The translations under genes and the position numbers were made by a program. The notes below the pieces were generated by a model, which searched no databases, was not told where the DNA came from, and was given only the letters and a program-made list of their open reading frames with translations. This document shows, one piece after another, positions 39,074 to 48,580 of a stretch of DNA of 64,000 nt. This stretch comes from a virus. Lineage: Duplodnaviria; Heunggongvirae; Uroviricota; Caudoviricetes. Where the stretch lies: IMG/VR virus record IMGVR_UViG_3300008107_000002. The stretch is one strand, 5' to 3'. The number at the start of each line of letters is the position of its first letter. Position 1 is the stretch's first letter.

Positions 39074-39210
39074 TCTTTTCCTTTAGGTGGAATAATTCCG
39101 TATTGTTCATACATCCATTTAATAAATGATTCTATCTCTTTGCTAGGATAGGTATATGCTCTATATGCAATGCTAACTCGCTCGAGCCAATCTTTATCTG
39201 TCATGTTCAT
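39070..39210 (-). CDS. small ORF (46 aa) translationally coupled to UXS gene
   Basis: ATG at 39210-39208, stop TGA overlapping UXS ATG (ATGA); otherwise an unexplained 140-nt gap. Confidence 0.3.
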   Translation of the reverse strand: MNMTDKDWLERVSIAYRAYTYPSKEIESFIKWMYEQYGIIPPKGKE

Positions 39211-39344
39211 AATATTACCAATGCCGTATAACGCCTGCAATAATAAAGACGTTTGTTATTATATAGCATAACACAATAGCAGTACGAATAAAAGCGATTT
39301 TATCCGCTTCTACATCCGTACTGCCTGATTTATCACCTAATGCT

Positions 39345-39548
39345 TTAGCCCAAATTCGCCAAACTTTTTTCATTAGCATCCCATAGTTCAAGAGCTTTTG
39401 CAGGATAGATTTGAACAGAACCTTTTTCGGTAGAACTTTCAACAGCATACCCCTCTGGAGTTAATTCGGTTGAGTATGTGCCAACAATCGTTCCGTGCCA
39501 TTGCGACCCGGAAACTTTTTTAACTAAATCACCTAGTTTGAATTTCAT
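39345..39548 (-). CDS. small hypothetical protein
   Basis: 67 aa; ATGA overlap with upstream queD-like gene; alternative overlapping ORF 39215..39448 cannot both be real. Confidence 0.4.
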   Translation of the reverse strand: MKFKLGDLVKKVSGSQWHGTIVGTYSTELTPEGYAVESSTEKGSVQIYPAKALELWDANEKSLANLG

Positions 39549-40051
39549 GCAAATAAGTCCTCATTCCATTCACGATGGCCTTCACGGAAGGCCATGTTAG
39601 CCTGTGTCTCACGAACTTCTACGCGGTAGCACCATAGGCGTTGGCTTTCGCCTTCACCCCAGAAGTCTGGAATGTAAACACCGTTGACATATTTGTACAA
39701 CATGTCTGCTAAACTCTCACAGCCCACTCGAGGTAAGATTGTAAGTTTAGCCAATTTGCGGCGTTCCATTTCTTTGTAGAACTCAAGTTCTGGATCATCA
39801 GCACTGACCAGCGTAGTGTGATCAAACTGATCTTCGAGGATCTTTTTAAGTTCTTTTAAGCCGCCGTAGTCTGCCGCCCAGTTACGGACGTCGAGGTCGT
39901 TGGTTCCAAAATAGAACTTCATTGAAAAACTGTAACCGTGATTTAGATTACAATGCGAGTCAGCTCGCCATTGACGATAAGCGCAAGGGAATGCGTCAAT
40001 GTATTCTTTAGTTGATGTGTACTTATATTGTACTGGTTGAAGATTTGCCAT
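39545..40051 (-). CDS. queD: 6-pyruvoyl-tetrahydropterin synthase / QueD-like protein
   Basis: 168 aa; CxxxHGY motif [10 protein letters not shown] and C-terminal E/H region typical of PTPS/QueD fold. Confidence 0.7.
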   Translation of the reverse strand: MANLQPVQYKYTSTKEYIDAFPCAYRQWRADSHCNLNHGYSFSMKFYFGTNDLDVRNWAADYGGLKELKKILEDQFDHTTLVSADDPELEFYKEMERRKLAKLTILPRVGCESLADMLYKYVNGVYIPDFWGEGESQRLWCYRVEVRETQANMAFREGHREWNEDLFA

Positions 40052-40182
40052 CTCTAGTCTCCTTTATGTAAAGTAGCAAGTTTGACGACATGCAGAATTT
40101 ATAAAGCGGGGTGAATGACGTAGAAAGACCGCTGTCTTTAATTATAAGCTGTTATTTACGTTATGTCAACAACTATGTATGA

Positions 40183-41109
40183 TTATCCGGCAATTAGTCC
40201 AAATGGTGCCCATCGACCGGGACTTCCACCAAGTGTACATACCCAACCGATATATGCGCTAGGCATAGGATCATTATTCCAAACAATATCGCCACGTTGG
40301 AAAGAACCATCAGATGGAGGTCCGTTAGATACTGTGAATAATTTATTTTGAAATTTCATATTACCGGCTACTTCAAAATCCTGATCTGGATTTTTTACGT
40401 TGACGCCAATCTTACCATTAAGATTTATAATTGAATTTCTAGTTTCGCTTCCTAATACAACAGTACCATTGGCACCTAGGTGTATCCTAGTTTGATCCCC
40501 AGTAACAAAATTAACAGATCTATTATTAGATGTTCCAATTTTTGCCTGACCTTGAGAATCAGAATCAACTATTATTTCAACATCGTGAATAACATCATAT
40601 ACGCTAAATTTAGCATTAGAATCATCTCTTCCTAAACTTAAACGCTGGTTATCCGGATTAAAGAACGCAAAGTCGCCAATGTTGGCACTTCCGTTAACTG
40701 TTAAATTATCTAATGGACCTATAGATCGTAAATTACTTTTTGTAACTGACCCGCCTAATTCATCAAATGTAAGAACAGGACTACCGCCGATTAGATAACC
40801 CTTTTCTGATGGAATGTCAACGTTTTCAGAAAGGAAAAAACTATCGGGATTAGTCTTATATATTAGTTGTTTGTTTTGAATTTTATCGTGCCATAGCAGA
40901 CCTGTACCTAATATTGTCTGGCCTTCTGGGGCTACAAATGTAAGAAATTTTCGTTCATATCGCGAATCTGCGATAAGTTCGGTAGTTCTGACTAGACCTA
41001 CATCTAATACTCCGTGAATTTTAACGTTTCCTCGGAGAATGACGTTATCGTCATTTAAAACTACAACCTGCTGGGTAGAGTTATCTAAAATTCCTGTAAT
41101 TTCTGGCAT
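40183..41109 (-). CDS. putative structural protein (beta-rich, Gly/Asn/Ser-rich)
   Basis: about 308 aa from the internal Met (MPEITGIL), which avoids overlap with dacA; composition similar to tail-fibre-like proteins. Confidence 0.55.
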   Translation of the reverse strand: MPEITGILDNSTQQVVVLNDDNVILRGNVKIHGVLDVGLVRTTELIADSRYERKFLTFVAPEGQTILGTGLLWHDKIQNKQLIYKTNPDSFFLSENVDIPSEKGYLIGGSPVLTFDELGGSVTKSNLRSIGPLDNLTVNGSANIGDFAFFNPDNQRLSLGRDDSNAKFSVYDVIHDVEIIVDSDSQGQAKIGTSNNRSVNFVTGDQTRIHLGANGTVVLGSETRNSIINLNGKIGVNVKNPDQDFEVAGNMKFQNKLFTVSNGPPSDGSFQRGDIVWNNDPMPSAYIGWVCTLGGSPGRWAPFGLIAG

Positions 41110-41932
41110 TGTCGTATTCCGTAAGTAATGCACCGTCTCGTATTCGAGTTTGGGTGTTTCTACTATTTAGCAGGATTACAGCAAGCCGCCGTCCTTGATC
41201 TTTAACGATCATTACAAGGCATCCACCTGAGATTCTAATCCAACCTGTTTTACTTAACAAGACGTTGTGCGTGTTAGTAACTAATGAATTGGTAGTTTTA
41301 AAATCTATAAAATATGACTTCTTTTTTCCTTGAACTTGTATTTTTCCGGTAGATTTAGTTGAAAAATTACGTATATCATCGTAATTATATGCGGTACTAG
41401 TAAGTTTAATTAGATCAGTTGCCGTGCTTACATTATTAGGATCTAAACCAGTAGGGTCACTAAAATGTGAATTATACATCTGAAGATGAAACGCCTTTTG
41501 GTTCATTGCCTTTATTGCGGCATCAGTTCCTCCGGGATATAATTCTGCTAATAGTGCCGCCGCCGAATTATCGCTACTCATAAGAGAGAGTAGTAATAAA
41601 TCGGCCCTAGTAACAACTGTGCCTTTGGGCAATTTACTAGTTGTTCCGGTTGGTTTATGAAATACTATTTTTTCTGATAAATCTTGTTTGGCGTCAAGTA
41701 CTACAATAGCAGTCATCAACTTTGTTATTGATGCAATACTTCTTATTTCTTCTTTATTTTTTTCTGTAACAATTTCGCCTGTATCTATGTCTTGCACAAC
41801 ATAGCTAGTGGCGAGAATGTTATTTCGATTATTGTAAGATTTTTTTTGGTTAGCATGTACAGGCGCAGATAGAATAGCCGATATAATTAGGGCATTAATT
41901 ACGTTTTTCAACAATCTTATCAATAAGTCCAT
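41081..41932 (-). CDS. D-alanyl-D-alanine carboxypeptidase (peptidase S11, PBP5/6-like) with signal peptide
   Basis: SxxK (SITK), SxN (SSDN) and KTG (KTGWI) motifs in order; signal peptide [27 protein letters not shown] if the start is at 41932. Confidence 0.85.
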   Translation of the reverse strand: MDLLIRLLKNVINALIISAILSAPVHANQKKSYNNRNNILATSYVVQDIDTGEIVTEKNKEEIRSIASITKLMTAIVVLDAKQDLSEKIVFHKPTGTTSKLPKGTVVTRADLLLLSLMSSDNSAAALLAELYPGGTDAAIKAMNQKAFHLQMYNSHFSDPTGLDPNNVSTATDLIKLTSTAYNYDDIRNFSTKSTGKIQVQGKKKSYFIDFKTTNSLVTNTHNVLLSKTGWIRISGGCLVMIVKDQGRRLAVILLNSRNTQTRIRDGALLTEYDNARNYRNFR

Positions 41933-42482
41933 ATTCAAGGGTTTCCTGGGCACTCATAAATTTATCCCTTTCCATGTCCTGAATTAACTGCCCATATGTT
42001 TTACCCTTGCTATTATGTTTAACATAAATGTTGGTTAAATTTTCTTTCATTTTTAGGATCTCACGTACTTGGATTTCCATATCTGTAGCCTGTCCGCCTG
42101 CTCCGCCACTGGGCTGATGTATCATGTGACGAGCGTTGGGAAGCATATAACGTTTTCCTGGTGCACCTGCTTGTGCTAGTAGACTACCCATAGAACAGGC
42201 TTGACCCATAACATAGGTGCAAACATCTGGCTTGATAAACTGCATGGTATCATAGATGCTCATACCTGCTGTTACAACTCCACCGGGACTATTAATATAA
42301 AAATTGATATCCTTGTTGCTATCTTGGCTTTCAAGATGTAAAAACTGTGCAACAATAACATTGGCACTGTGATCATCAACTGGTCCATTAAGAAATACAA
42401 TTCGCTCATTGAGCAATCGACTATAAATGTCAAACGCACGTTCTCCTGTGCTTGTTTTTTCAATTACCATTGGAATTAACAT
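41895..42482 (-). CDS. clpP: ClpP serine protease subunit
   Basis: 195 aa; catalytic Ser context [10 protein letters not shown], His in MIHQP, Asp-containing C-terminal region; high similarity to bacterial ClpP throughout. Confidence 0.92.
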   Translation of the reverse strand: MLIPMVIEKTSTGERAFDIYSRLLNERIVFLNGPVDDHSANVIVAQFLHLESQDSNKDINFYINSPGGVVTAGMSIYDTMQFIKPDVCTYVMGQACSMGSLLAQAGAPGKRYMLPNARHMIHQPSGGAGGQATDMEIQVREILKMKENLTNIYVKHNSKGKTYGQLIQDMERDKFMSAQETLEYGLIDKIVEKRN

Positions 42483-42483
42483 A

Positions 42484-42930
42484 TTAAAAATTGTCCTTTA
42501 CTTTGTTAGATTTTGTTAGACCTGCAAGAATTTGATATTGTTCAAATGCTCGTTTTACAGTAGGGTTATTATTAATGTCTTCAGCAAGCAGATTTGCTTC
42601 AATCCAATAATACGGCATTCGCGTTGGATGTGCGCCAAACTTACGAGGCTGGTGCAGTTTACCAGACTCCCAAAGCTCAATACTTACTGAACGGAAACGG
42701 TCCTCATCTTCATCTCCGTAGCCATGCCATTCTGGATTAGAGCCTCCAAAAAATCCACGCATTAAGGCCGCATCTGATCCGCCGGCATAGCCTTGCCAAA
42801 TAGCTTGCCACTGTTCGTCATTGTGCGGATCAAAATCTGTTCGTGCAATAACAACAAGAACATCATCAATATCCACTTTACCTTCAACGATGTCTCGAAC
42901 ACATCGGCTGTAACTTAATCCAATTTTCAT
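42484..42930 (-). CDS. hypothetical protein, paralog of 43283..43750 (shared C-terminal NPTV(K/R)(R/K)A(F/Y)E motif)
   Basis: 148 aa; C-terminus [23 protein letters not shown] vs ENPTVRKAYEHFMLICELTKETK. Confidence 0.55.
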   Translation of the reverse strand: MKIGLSYSRCVRDIVEGKVDIDDVLVVIARTDFDPHNDEQWQAIWQGYAGGSDAALMRGFFGGSNPEWHGYGDEDEDRFRSVSIELWESGKLHQPRKFGAHPTRMPYYWIEANLLAEDINNNPTVKRAFEQYQILAGLTKSNKVKDNF

Positions 42931-43035
42931 TTTTTACTTTCTGTAATGTTATTAGTATACAATATTTCCTTGTGCGAAAACAAGTAGAAATATCCATATC
43001 CGATTATGATCCATAGTGCAATATAAAAAATAATT

Positions 43036-43296
43036 TTAGTTCTCTGTTTCATTATTTTTATCTATAGAATATGCTTTAACCATTCTGTATAACGGTTCCA
43101 TCCTTTCTTGAAATACATCAGGAGCACCTTCTGCGGCTTGACGCATTTCGTATTCACTGGGATAGTGTCTCAACATGGCGCGGGCTGTCTCACGTACAAG
43201 TTTAGGAACTCTAGGTGTATGCTCTCTATTACAAAGATCAAATAAGAACCTTCGAGTCTGTACTACTGCTCGATATCTTTCATCAGGCAATGTCAC
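43036..43296 (-). CDS. hypothetical protein
   Basis: 86 aa ORF. Confidence 0.45.
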   Translation of the reverse strand: MTLPDERYRAVVQTRRFLFDLCNREHTPRVPKLVRETARAMLRHYPSEYEMRQAAEGAPDVFQERMEPLYRMVKAYSIDKNNETEN

Positions 43297-43750
43297 GCTT
43301 TGTTTCCTTTGTAAGTTCGCAAATTAACATGAAATGTTCGTAGGCTTTACGGACAGTAGGGTTTTCTAACAACACACCTGCTTCTACTTGCATGGCTTTG
43401 ACTGCTTCCTCACAAGCTTCGCGAGCACTGGGCCATTCAAGACAACGAGCTTCATCTCCAAACTCTTTGACTAGATTGTCCCAAGCCTTGCGTTGTCCCT
43501 CGGTTAAGGGAGCATTCTTTGGACGTAGATCGCTAGCCTTCATTAGCACCTTGCTTATAGCATCTTCTGCTACACGACCAGCGGCAATCATAGGAGCATA
43601 GGCAGGATTAACATTAAACCTACGACTAGACCCGCCAGGATACACATCTACTAAATGTGTTCCTTTAGGAAAAGCATCTAGTAAAACTTGATCATATTCG
43701 TATACGGGTTTATACCTGCGTCCAACCTTTTCATAAAAGATTTTCTTCAT
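43283..43750 (-). CDS. hypothetical protein, paralog of 42484..42930
   Basis: 155 aa; shared C-terminal motif. Confidence 0.55.
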   Translation of the reverse strand: MKKIFYEKVGRRYKPVYEYDQVLLDAFPKGTHLVDVYPGGSSRRFNVNPAYAPMIAAGRVAEDAISKVLMKASDLRPKNAPLTEGQRKAWDNLVKEFGDEARCLEWPSAREACEEAVKAMQVEAGVLLENPTVRKAYEHFMLICELTKETKRDIA

Positions 43751-44952
43751 TTGAACACTTTCAAAATAATAGTATCTTCGTTAAACCGACCATTGAGTAC
43801 TGTCTCAGTAGTCTTGACATTTTTAGCAAACCATGTTTCAAAACGTTTCTGCGTATTCTGCTCTTTAAACTCTTTTAACTGTTCCACAGGCTTACGCAAA
43901 GTCTTTTGAAAACTCTTTTCTGTAAATTCAATTAACGTAGTACCTTTAACTCCGATACCTGCTGACGTTTTAGGAATATAGTAACCGATCTTACGAGTTT
44001 TAACGTTGAACACTACTACACCCTGGCAACCAATAATACCCGCCGGAGGCACTGATACTATTCCTAACTTGTCATCTTTAACAAGGAATTTAAGTTTCTT
44101 AACCAAATCCTCTGCAGGCTTAACCTTTTGAGCACGAGGCTTTTTCATAACTTTTGCTTCTGCGGCAATTTGCTCACACGCGGCTATAATGCTGTCGTAA
44201 AACTCAATTAATTTCTTAACGTTCTTACGGCTATTGTGTTTGTAGGCCTCACGTAGCTGTTCGTCTGCTTCTCCGCTGGCCAGTTCAAGCAATTCTGCAT
44301 GATTACGAGCAAAGAAACTCTTGATATATCTAGCGTGAGCGGCTTTAGCACCTTTACCTCGCAACAGGTTAACAATCTTAATGTCTTTAGGATTAAATGC
44401 TTCTGGGTCAGTAATCCAACTGTCGATAGCATAATCAAGTTCTTCACTCATTTCGCCGGCAGTTTCACGCAGACGTTCTTGAATATTAGGAACATACGCA
44501 ACGGGCTTTTCAACTTTAGGTGCATCATCGTCGTCTTCACGGTCATTGGCTCCTTCAGCCAATACCTTTTCAATTTCTGTACGTACCCAAATGGAAGTAT
44601 CTCGACCTTTATTAAAATCTTTGTGTACTACTGGCATGCCTTTTACCAAACAGGCTGCAACTCCGACCAACGTACCATTAAAATATTTGTCTTTAGTTTT
44701 TCGGATAGCATCAGAATCTTCCTTGCTATACCCGTTAAAATTCATCCATTCTACCAATTTAGGTTTAAGTTCTTTAACAGAACTTTCCAAACGATACCAT
44801 TCCATAGCACGTCGGAAATGACCAGAGAATTGATCGCCAGTAAATTCGCTGGCGCCGTCCCAGTTAGGACTACGATCGCGTCCTTTGTTCTGGCGAATTG
44901 CAATAGATGCTTTTTGTAGTTTGGTAGCCAATTTAGATCTCCTGTTTAGCAA
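43747..44952 (-). CDS. hypothetical protein (about 395 aa)
   Basis: long ORF; the ORF track starts at a TTG at 44952, but a second in-frame TTG at 44931 preceded by AGGAGA is a likelier start. Confidence 0.6.
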   Translation of the reverse strand: MLNRRSKLATKLQKASIAIRQNKGRDRSPNWDGASEFTGDQFSGHFRRAMEWYRLESSVKELKPKLVEWMNFNGYSKEDSDAIRKTKDKYFNGTLVGVAACLVKGMPVVHKDFNKGRDTSIWVRTEIEKVLAEGANDREDDDDAPKVEKPVAYVPNIQERLRETAGEMSEELDYAIDSWITDPEAFNPKDIKIVNLLRGKGAKAAHARYIKSFFARNHAELLELASGEADEQLREAYKHNSRKNVKKLIEFYDSIIAACEQIAAEAKVMKKPRAQKVKPAEDLVKKLKFLVKDDKLGIVSVPPAGIIGCQGVVVFNVKTRKIGYYIPKTSAGIGVKGTTLIEFTEKSFQKTLRKPVEQLKEFKEQNTQKRFETWFAKNVKTTETVLNGRFNEDTIILKVFK

Positions 44953-44961
44953 TATGTATAT

Positions 44962-44990
44962 ATTATAACAGAGAATTTACCAGTTGTCAA
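44962..44990 (-). promoter_or_regulatory. sigma70-like promoter TTGACA-17-TGtTATAAT
   Basis: minus-strand TTGACA 44990-44985, 17-nt spacer, extended -10 TGTTATAAT ending at 44962; shares the downstream ATATATACATA block with the promoters at 57101 and 57571. Confidence 0.6.
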
Positions 44991-45000
44991 GTAGGGATTT

Positions 45001-45074
45001 TGGAGCGGGATAGCGGAATCGAACCGCTGACTATAACTTGGAAGGATATCGTTTTACCATTAAACTAATCCCGC
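45001..45074 (-). tRNA. tRNA, probably tRNA-Gly (anticodon UCC), with encoded CCA
   Basis: minus-strand GCGGGAT...TCC...AGCGGTTCGATTCCGCTATCCCGCTCCA; 7-bp acceptor stem, GTTT/AAAC D-stem, T-arm AGCGG-TTCGATT-CCGCT, anticodon loop CUUCCAA (one mismatch in anticodon stem). Confidence 0.8.
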
Positions 45075-45085
45075 TTATTAAGTAT

Positions 45086-45114
45086 ATTATACAACAGATT
45101 GTATTACTTGTCTA
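45086..45114 (-). promoter_or_regulatory. sigma70-like promoter (TAGACA-17-TATAAT) positioned to drive the tRNA
   Basis: -10 TATAAT at 45091-45086, 12 nt upstream of the tRNA 5' end; -35 TAGACA 45114-45109. Confidence 0.45.
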
Positions 45115-45157
45115 GTATATTTACACAACTAAATATCCAGATTAAAGGAATTTTGAA

Positions 45158-45622
45158 ATGTTAGAACTTCGACCAATAACAGAGCAAGGACGCAGACAGT
45201 TGTATGATATGGTAAATGGGCCAGCTGATATGTACGAATCTATACCATGGGGCGCCGGAGTAAGTATACATGATGACGATAGATGTGTGGGATATTTGGC
45301 ATTTTTAGTAGTTAGGGGAATGACTCCAAGCATAGTTGGTCACGGACTTCCCGGAGAAAGAGATAAATTTGTTGAAGCCGGTCCACTTTGTATGGAATGG
45401 GCCTGCGGTTGTTATTCAGTTTTTCGATGTTTTGCCGTGACCGCTGCCTCAAAAGATCTATATATGATGGTCGGTGGCTCGAGTTTTAGGGAAGTAGATC
45501 CAAAAGAAACAGGCGGATATTGTTATGAACTAACATTTGAAAAAGAATTTGCAATCGAGTACATGAAAACATGGACACAACGAGTTGAAGAATTTAAAGC
45601 AAATGGACAATGGCCACTTTAA
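45158..45622 (+). CDS. hypothetical protein on the opposite strand (candidate moron next to tRNA)
   Basis: 154 aa; AAAGGA RBS 8 nt upstream of ATG; locally higher GC than the flanks; Cys/Gly-rich (CMEWACGCYSVFRC). Confidence 0.6.
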   Translation: MLELRPITEQGRRQLYDMVNGPADMYESIPWGAGVSIHDDDRCVGYLAFLVVRGMTPSIVGHGLPGERDKFVEAGPLCMEWACGCYSVFRCFAVTAASKDLYMMVGGSSFREVDPKETGGYCYELTFEKEFAIEYMKTWTQRVEEFKANGQWPL

Positions 45623-46179
45623 TCATCTTCATCCCATTCTACTGCGGCCCAACCAAGTTGTTTTAGATCTTCTCGAATTTCGTCAGTAACTACACCTTCT
45701 GGAACATAATTACGACCATCTGTAGTATCCGGTATAGTTCCAGTTAAGCCGTTACCCAATTCGTCGTTACAGATACCGCTACAGTACCAATCAATGTAGT
45801 CACCCTTTTCCTGCATGTCAGCAATGATACCTCCGCTATGCCTCCAACTGGCACTCCAGCGTTGATCTTTTAGAATAGGTATAACATCTAATTTAATAAA
45901 CTGCATATTACACATGGCCGCATATAAGTTTTGAGCATAGTTGTCCGACTCTTTAACTTTGTCGCAGATCCATTTGGTACTACGAAGATCGTATTCCATG
46001 TTGTCTTTTTGCCAAGAGGGATCATGAATCTTATTGGCATCATCGATCTTAATCTGTTCCCACATATCAATGTAGTCTTGATTAGGCTCTTCACCCTTTT
46101 CCTCTGCTCGCTGGATTGCACATTCTTTTTGGAAAGTATGCCGTTTAGGACTGCTGTTTATTTTGGAATCGGTACTCAC
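45619..46179 (-). CDS. hypothetical protein
   Basis: 186 aa ORF; Trp/Asp-rich. Confidence 0.55.
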   Translation of the reverse strand: MSTDSKINSSPKRHTFQKECAIQRAEEKGEEPNQDYIDMWEQIKIDDANKIHDPSWQKDNMEYDLRSTKWICDKVKESDNYAQNLYAAMCNMQFIKLDVIPILKDQRWSASWRHSGGIIADMQEKGDYIDWYCSGICNDELGNGLTGTIPDTTDGRNYVPEGVVTDEIREDLKQLGWAAVEWDEDD

Positions 46180-46315
46180 GTTTTAACCACCATTTGTATC
46201 TATTCCAATATTCATTTATTGAATATGGAAGTTCTTGATATTCTTGCCGTTCTATTGTGTTTTCTGCCCAAATTATTCGGACCCATCTTCGAAAGTGTGA
46301 ATCTTCTTTCATTTG

Positions 46316-46819
46316 TCATGTGTCTTCCGGTTTTGGAAAAGCTTCACTAAATGGCCACGATGTATTAGGGTTTGGCCGTGGCTTTAGTTTTACGTTTTCT
46401 TCAATGACGGTTCCGTCTTCTTCACATAGACTAACTTGATATGGGGCGTTAATAATTAGGTAATCGTCTTCGACTTGCCAATTATGCTCACCGTCAAATA
46501 ACCAACCAGCGCCACCTTCGTGATATGATGATTCAAATTCTTCTTTTTGTTCGTCAGTAAAGTCGTCACTAAATTCAAACCAGCAGGCATGTTGGTCATC
46601 TAATTCTGCACCCCAACCGCAGTCTGTTCGAGCATGGGCTTGTTGATCACCTTCCCAGGGAAGATTGCAGTCCATGTCTGCTTCGACAAAGCCTTGCCCC
46701 CAACGATAGTGATCATCAATATTAACCCAACTAATAGAACCGTCCGCATTTTCGCGGAACATTTCTATGTGCCAACAGATGCTTTTCTTATGTAGAGGTT
46801 TAATTAGATATACCGACAT
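46316..46819 (-). CDS. hypothetical protein
   Basis: 167 aa ORF; acidic, Trp-rich. Confidence 0.55.
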   Translation of the reverse strand: MSVYLIKPLHKKSICWHIEMFRENADGSISWVNIDDHYRWGQGFVEADMDCNLPWEGDQQAHARTDCGWGAELDDQHACWFEFSDDFTDEQKEEFESSYHEGGAGWLFDGEHNWQVEDDYLIINAPYQVSLCEEDGTVIEENVKLKPRPNPNTSWPFSEAFPKPEDT

Positions 46820-46820
46820 A

Positions 46821-47012
46821 TCAGTTATCTAGATCCATTGAATTATATTCTTTGATTAACGCAATTAGTTCTTCTTCTGTGTTGCAGACTGTTTTAGAAT
46901 TCTTCCAATCTTCTTTCTTGTCACGCCCACCAATTTCAACCATCCATGCGTTGTCATACCGATTGATGGTAATCGATTCATTTACTTTTACTAGTTTAGT
47001 TAATTTTGCCAT
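46821..47012 (-). CDS. small hypothetical protein
   Basis: 63 aa ORF abutting neighbours. Confidence 0.4.
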   Translation of the reverse strand: MAKLTKLVKVNESITINRYDNAWMVEIGGRDKKEDWKNSKTVCNTEEELIALIKEYNSMDLDN

Positions 47013-47024
47013 TTTATTTTCCTT

Positions 47025-47864
47025 TTAAGTCCATAGAGATTCTCTAATTTTAATAAGACGAATCATCATTGCTTCGTCTTCTTTGGCGTAGTCTGCTTCA
47101 ATCTTTTGAAGAAGTTTATGGGCCGCGTTACTGGCCTTGCGATCTTCTTTGTCTTTTGAGTTCAAGCTGGACAAGAAACTTCCGGGATATTTTACTCGCA
47201 TAGCTTCGCAGTGGGCACTCCATCCACTAGCATCATAAGGATCAGGACGATTACGATAGGTAACAGTCCACCAAGTGTAAAGCTCAATAATTTCTTTAGC
47301 GGCTTTAGCTTGGTATGTTGGTTCTCCGTAACCCTTTTCAGTAGGGTTAGATCCCATGTTTTCATCAACAACTAGACTACTTGCCCACTTGAGATATTCC
47401 ATGCCGGCTTCTGGGCAACGCCAGGTTCTCCAACGTAGCCAACCTTTACGCCACCATGGAGTTTCAAATTTAGTCTTTGCTTCGTCACTCCAGATGCAGT
47501 GATGCCATGCTTGTTCTATTTCAACAAAGTCCACAAGCTCGTTGAAAAGACAAGGAAGGAAACGATTGCCCACATCGCACCACTTACCGGGCTGTATGTC
47601 TCTAGGATGGGCCGTAAGAGCATGGCTGTGAGAGACCCAGCGGTTATTAATATAATAGCGTATGTCATTTAGTCGGTCCGGTACGTAGTAAACAAATCGT
47701 TGGATATAATCCAACCCATCTTCTGCCAACCAATAGCGAAAATTGTGTTTCATTTTTGCAGTATTAGTCCATTCATCCCACTCTTCGGATGTACCTGCCT
47801 TAAGTTTGGCGGTGCCCCGTAGCCAGTCGGCAAATTTACTACATGTCCAATAATGCGATCTCAT
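47025..47864 (-). CDS. hypothetical Trp-rich protein
   Basis: 279 aa ORF with unusually many Trp (WxxW patterns). Confidence 0.55.
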   Translation of the reverse strand: MRSHYWTCSKFADWLRGTAKLKAGTSEEWDEWTNTAKMKHNFRYWLAEDGLDYIQRFVYYVPDRLNDIRYYINNRWVSHSHALTAHPRDIQPGKWCDVGNRFLPCLFNELVDFVEIEQAWHHCIWSDEAKTKFETPWWRKGWLRWRTWRCPEAGMEYLKWASSLVVDENMGSNPTEKGYGEPTYQAKAAKEIIELYTWWTVTYRNRPDPYDASGWSAHCEAMRVKYPGSFLSSLNSKDKEDRKASNAAHKLLQKIEADYAKEDEAMMIRLIKIRESLWT

Positions 47865-47875
47865 TTTAATTCCTT

Positions 47876-48580
47876 TTACTTTCTTTCGCCAAACAACTGT
47901 AACAGATTCAAGAACAAGTTGATAAAGTCCATATATAGAGTTAATGCCCCACGAACTTCAGCAGAGTCACTAGTTTCTACACTGAGTTCTTCACGAATCT
48001 TTTGTGTGTCGTAGGCAGTTAGGCCCAAAAAGATAATAATAGCCAGTGAGCTAATAACCATTTGCATTACTGTAGATCCAATAAAGATATTAACAATGCT
48101 GGCAATGATAATTGCAATCAATCCAACAAACATAAACTTACCAACGCTATCTAGATTCTTTTTAGTAAAATATCCGTAGCCGCTCATTACACCAAACAGG
48201 ATGGCCGCACCCATGAATGCACTGACAATCGATCCCATGTTGAACACAGCAAATATCATGCTAAAGCTCAGACCCATAAGTGCCGCAAATCCATGTAGGC
48301 ATAACTGTGCCACACCCTTGCTGGGATTGTTGCCTAGCACATAACTGACACCAAAGATTGCCGCTAGTGGAGCAAAAATTACAATCCACTTTAGCACACC
48401 TGTAAAAAAGAATTGTAGCAACTCTGGACTGGTCCCTATAAAATAACTAACCAACATTGATACAACGACTGCTAGACTCATATGTCCGTAGACACGACCC
48501 ATCGCTTTATTAATTTCGCCTGCAGAGCGATAGTTTAACATACCGCCATCTGTGTAGTTTGCACCAAACATATTATTCAT
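47876..48580 (-). CDS. Bax-inhibitor-1 / YccA (TMBIM) family 7-TM membrane protein
   Basis: 234 aa; about 7 hydrophobic helices and characteristic C-terminus ALTLYMDFINLFLNLLQLFGERK (cf. YccA/BI-1 LYLDIINLFLSLLRILG). Confidence 0.75.
   Translation of the reverse strand: MNNMFGANYTDGGMLNYRSAGEINKAMGRVYGHMSLAVVVSMLVSYFIGTSPELLQFFFTGVLKWIVIFAPLAAIFGVSYVLGNNPSKGVAQLCLHGFAALMGLSFSMIFAVFNMGSIVSAFMGAAILFGVMSGYGYFTKKNLDSVGKFMFVGLIAIIIASIVNIFIGSTVMQMVISSLAIIIFLGLTAYDTQKIREELSVETSDSAEVRGALTLYMDFINLFLNLLQLFGERK

Noticed and set aside
39215-39448. 77-aa ORF overlapping 39345..39548 by over 100 nt in another frame
   Set aside because: Both cannot be coding over the overlap; 39345..39548 is ATGA-coupled to the upstream gene and non-hydrophobic, so it is preferred. 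The other may be real only from an internal Met
40163-40351. Plus-strand 62-aa ORF
   Set aside because: Antisense within the 3' end of the structural-like gene 40183..41109; no RBS
45001-45074. Alternative tRNA identity (Trp-CCA) from shifting the anticodon loop by one
   Set aside because: Shifted loop gives no stable anticodon stem and loses U33/A37; the Gly-UCC reading keeps canonical loop positions with one stem mismatch
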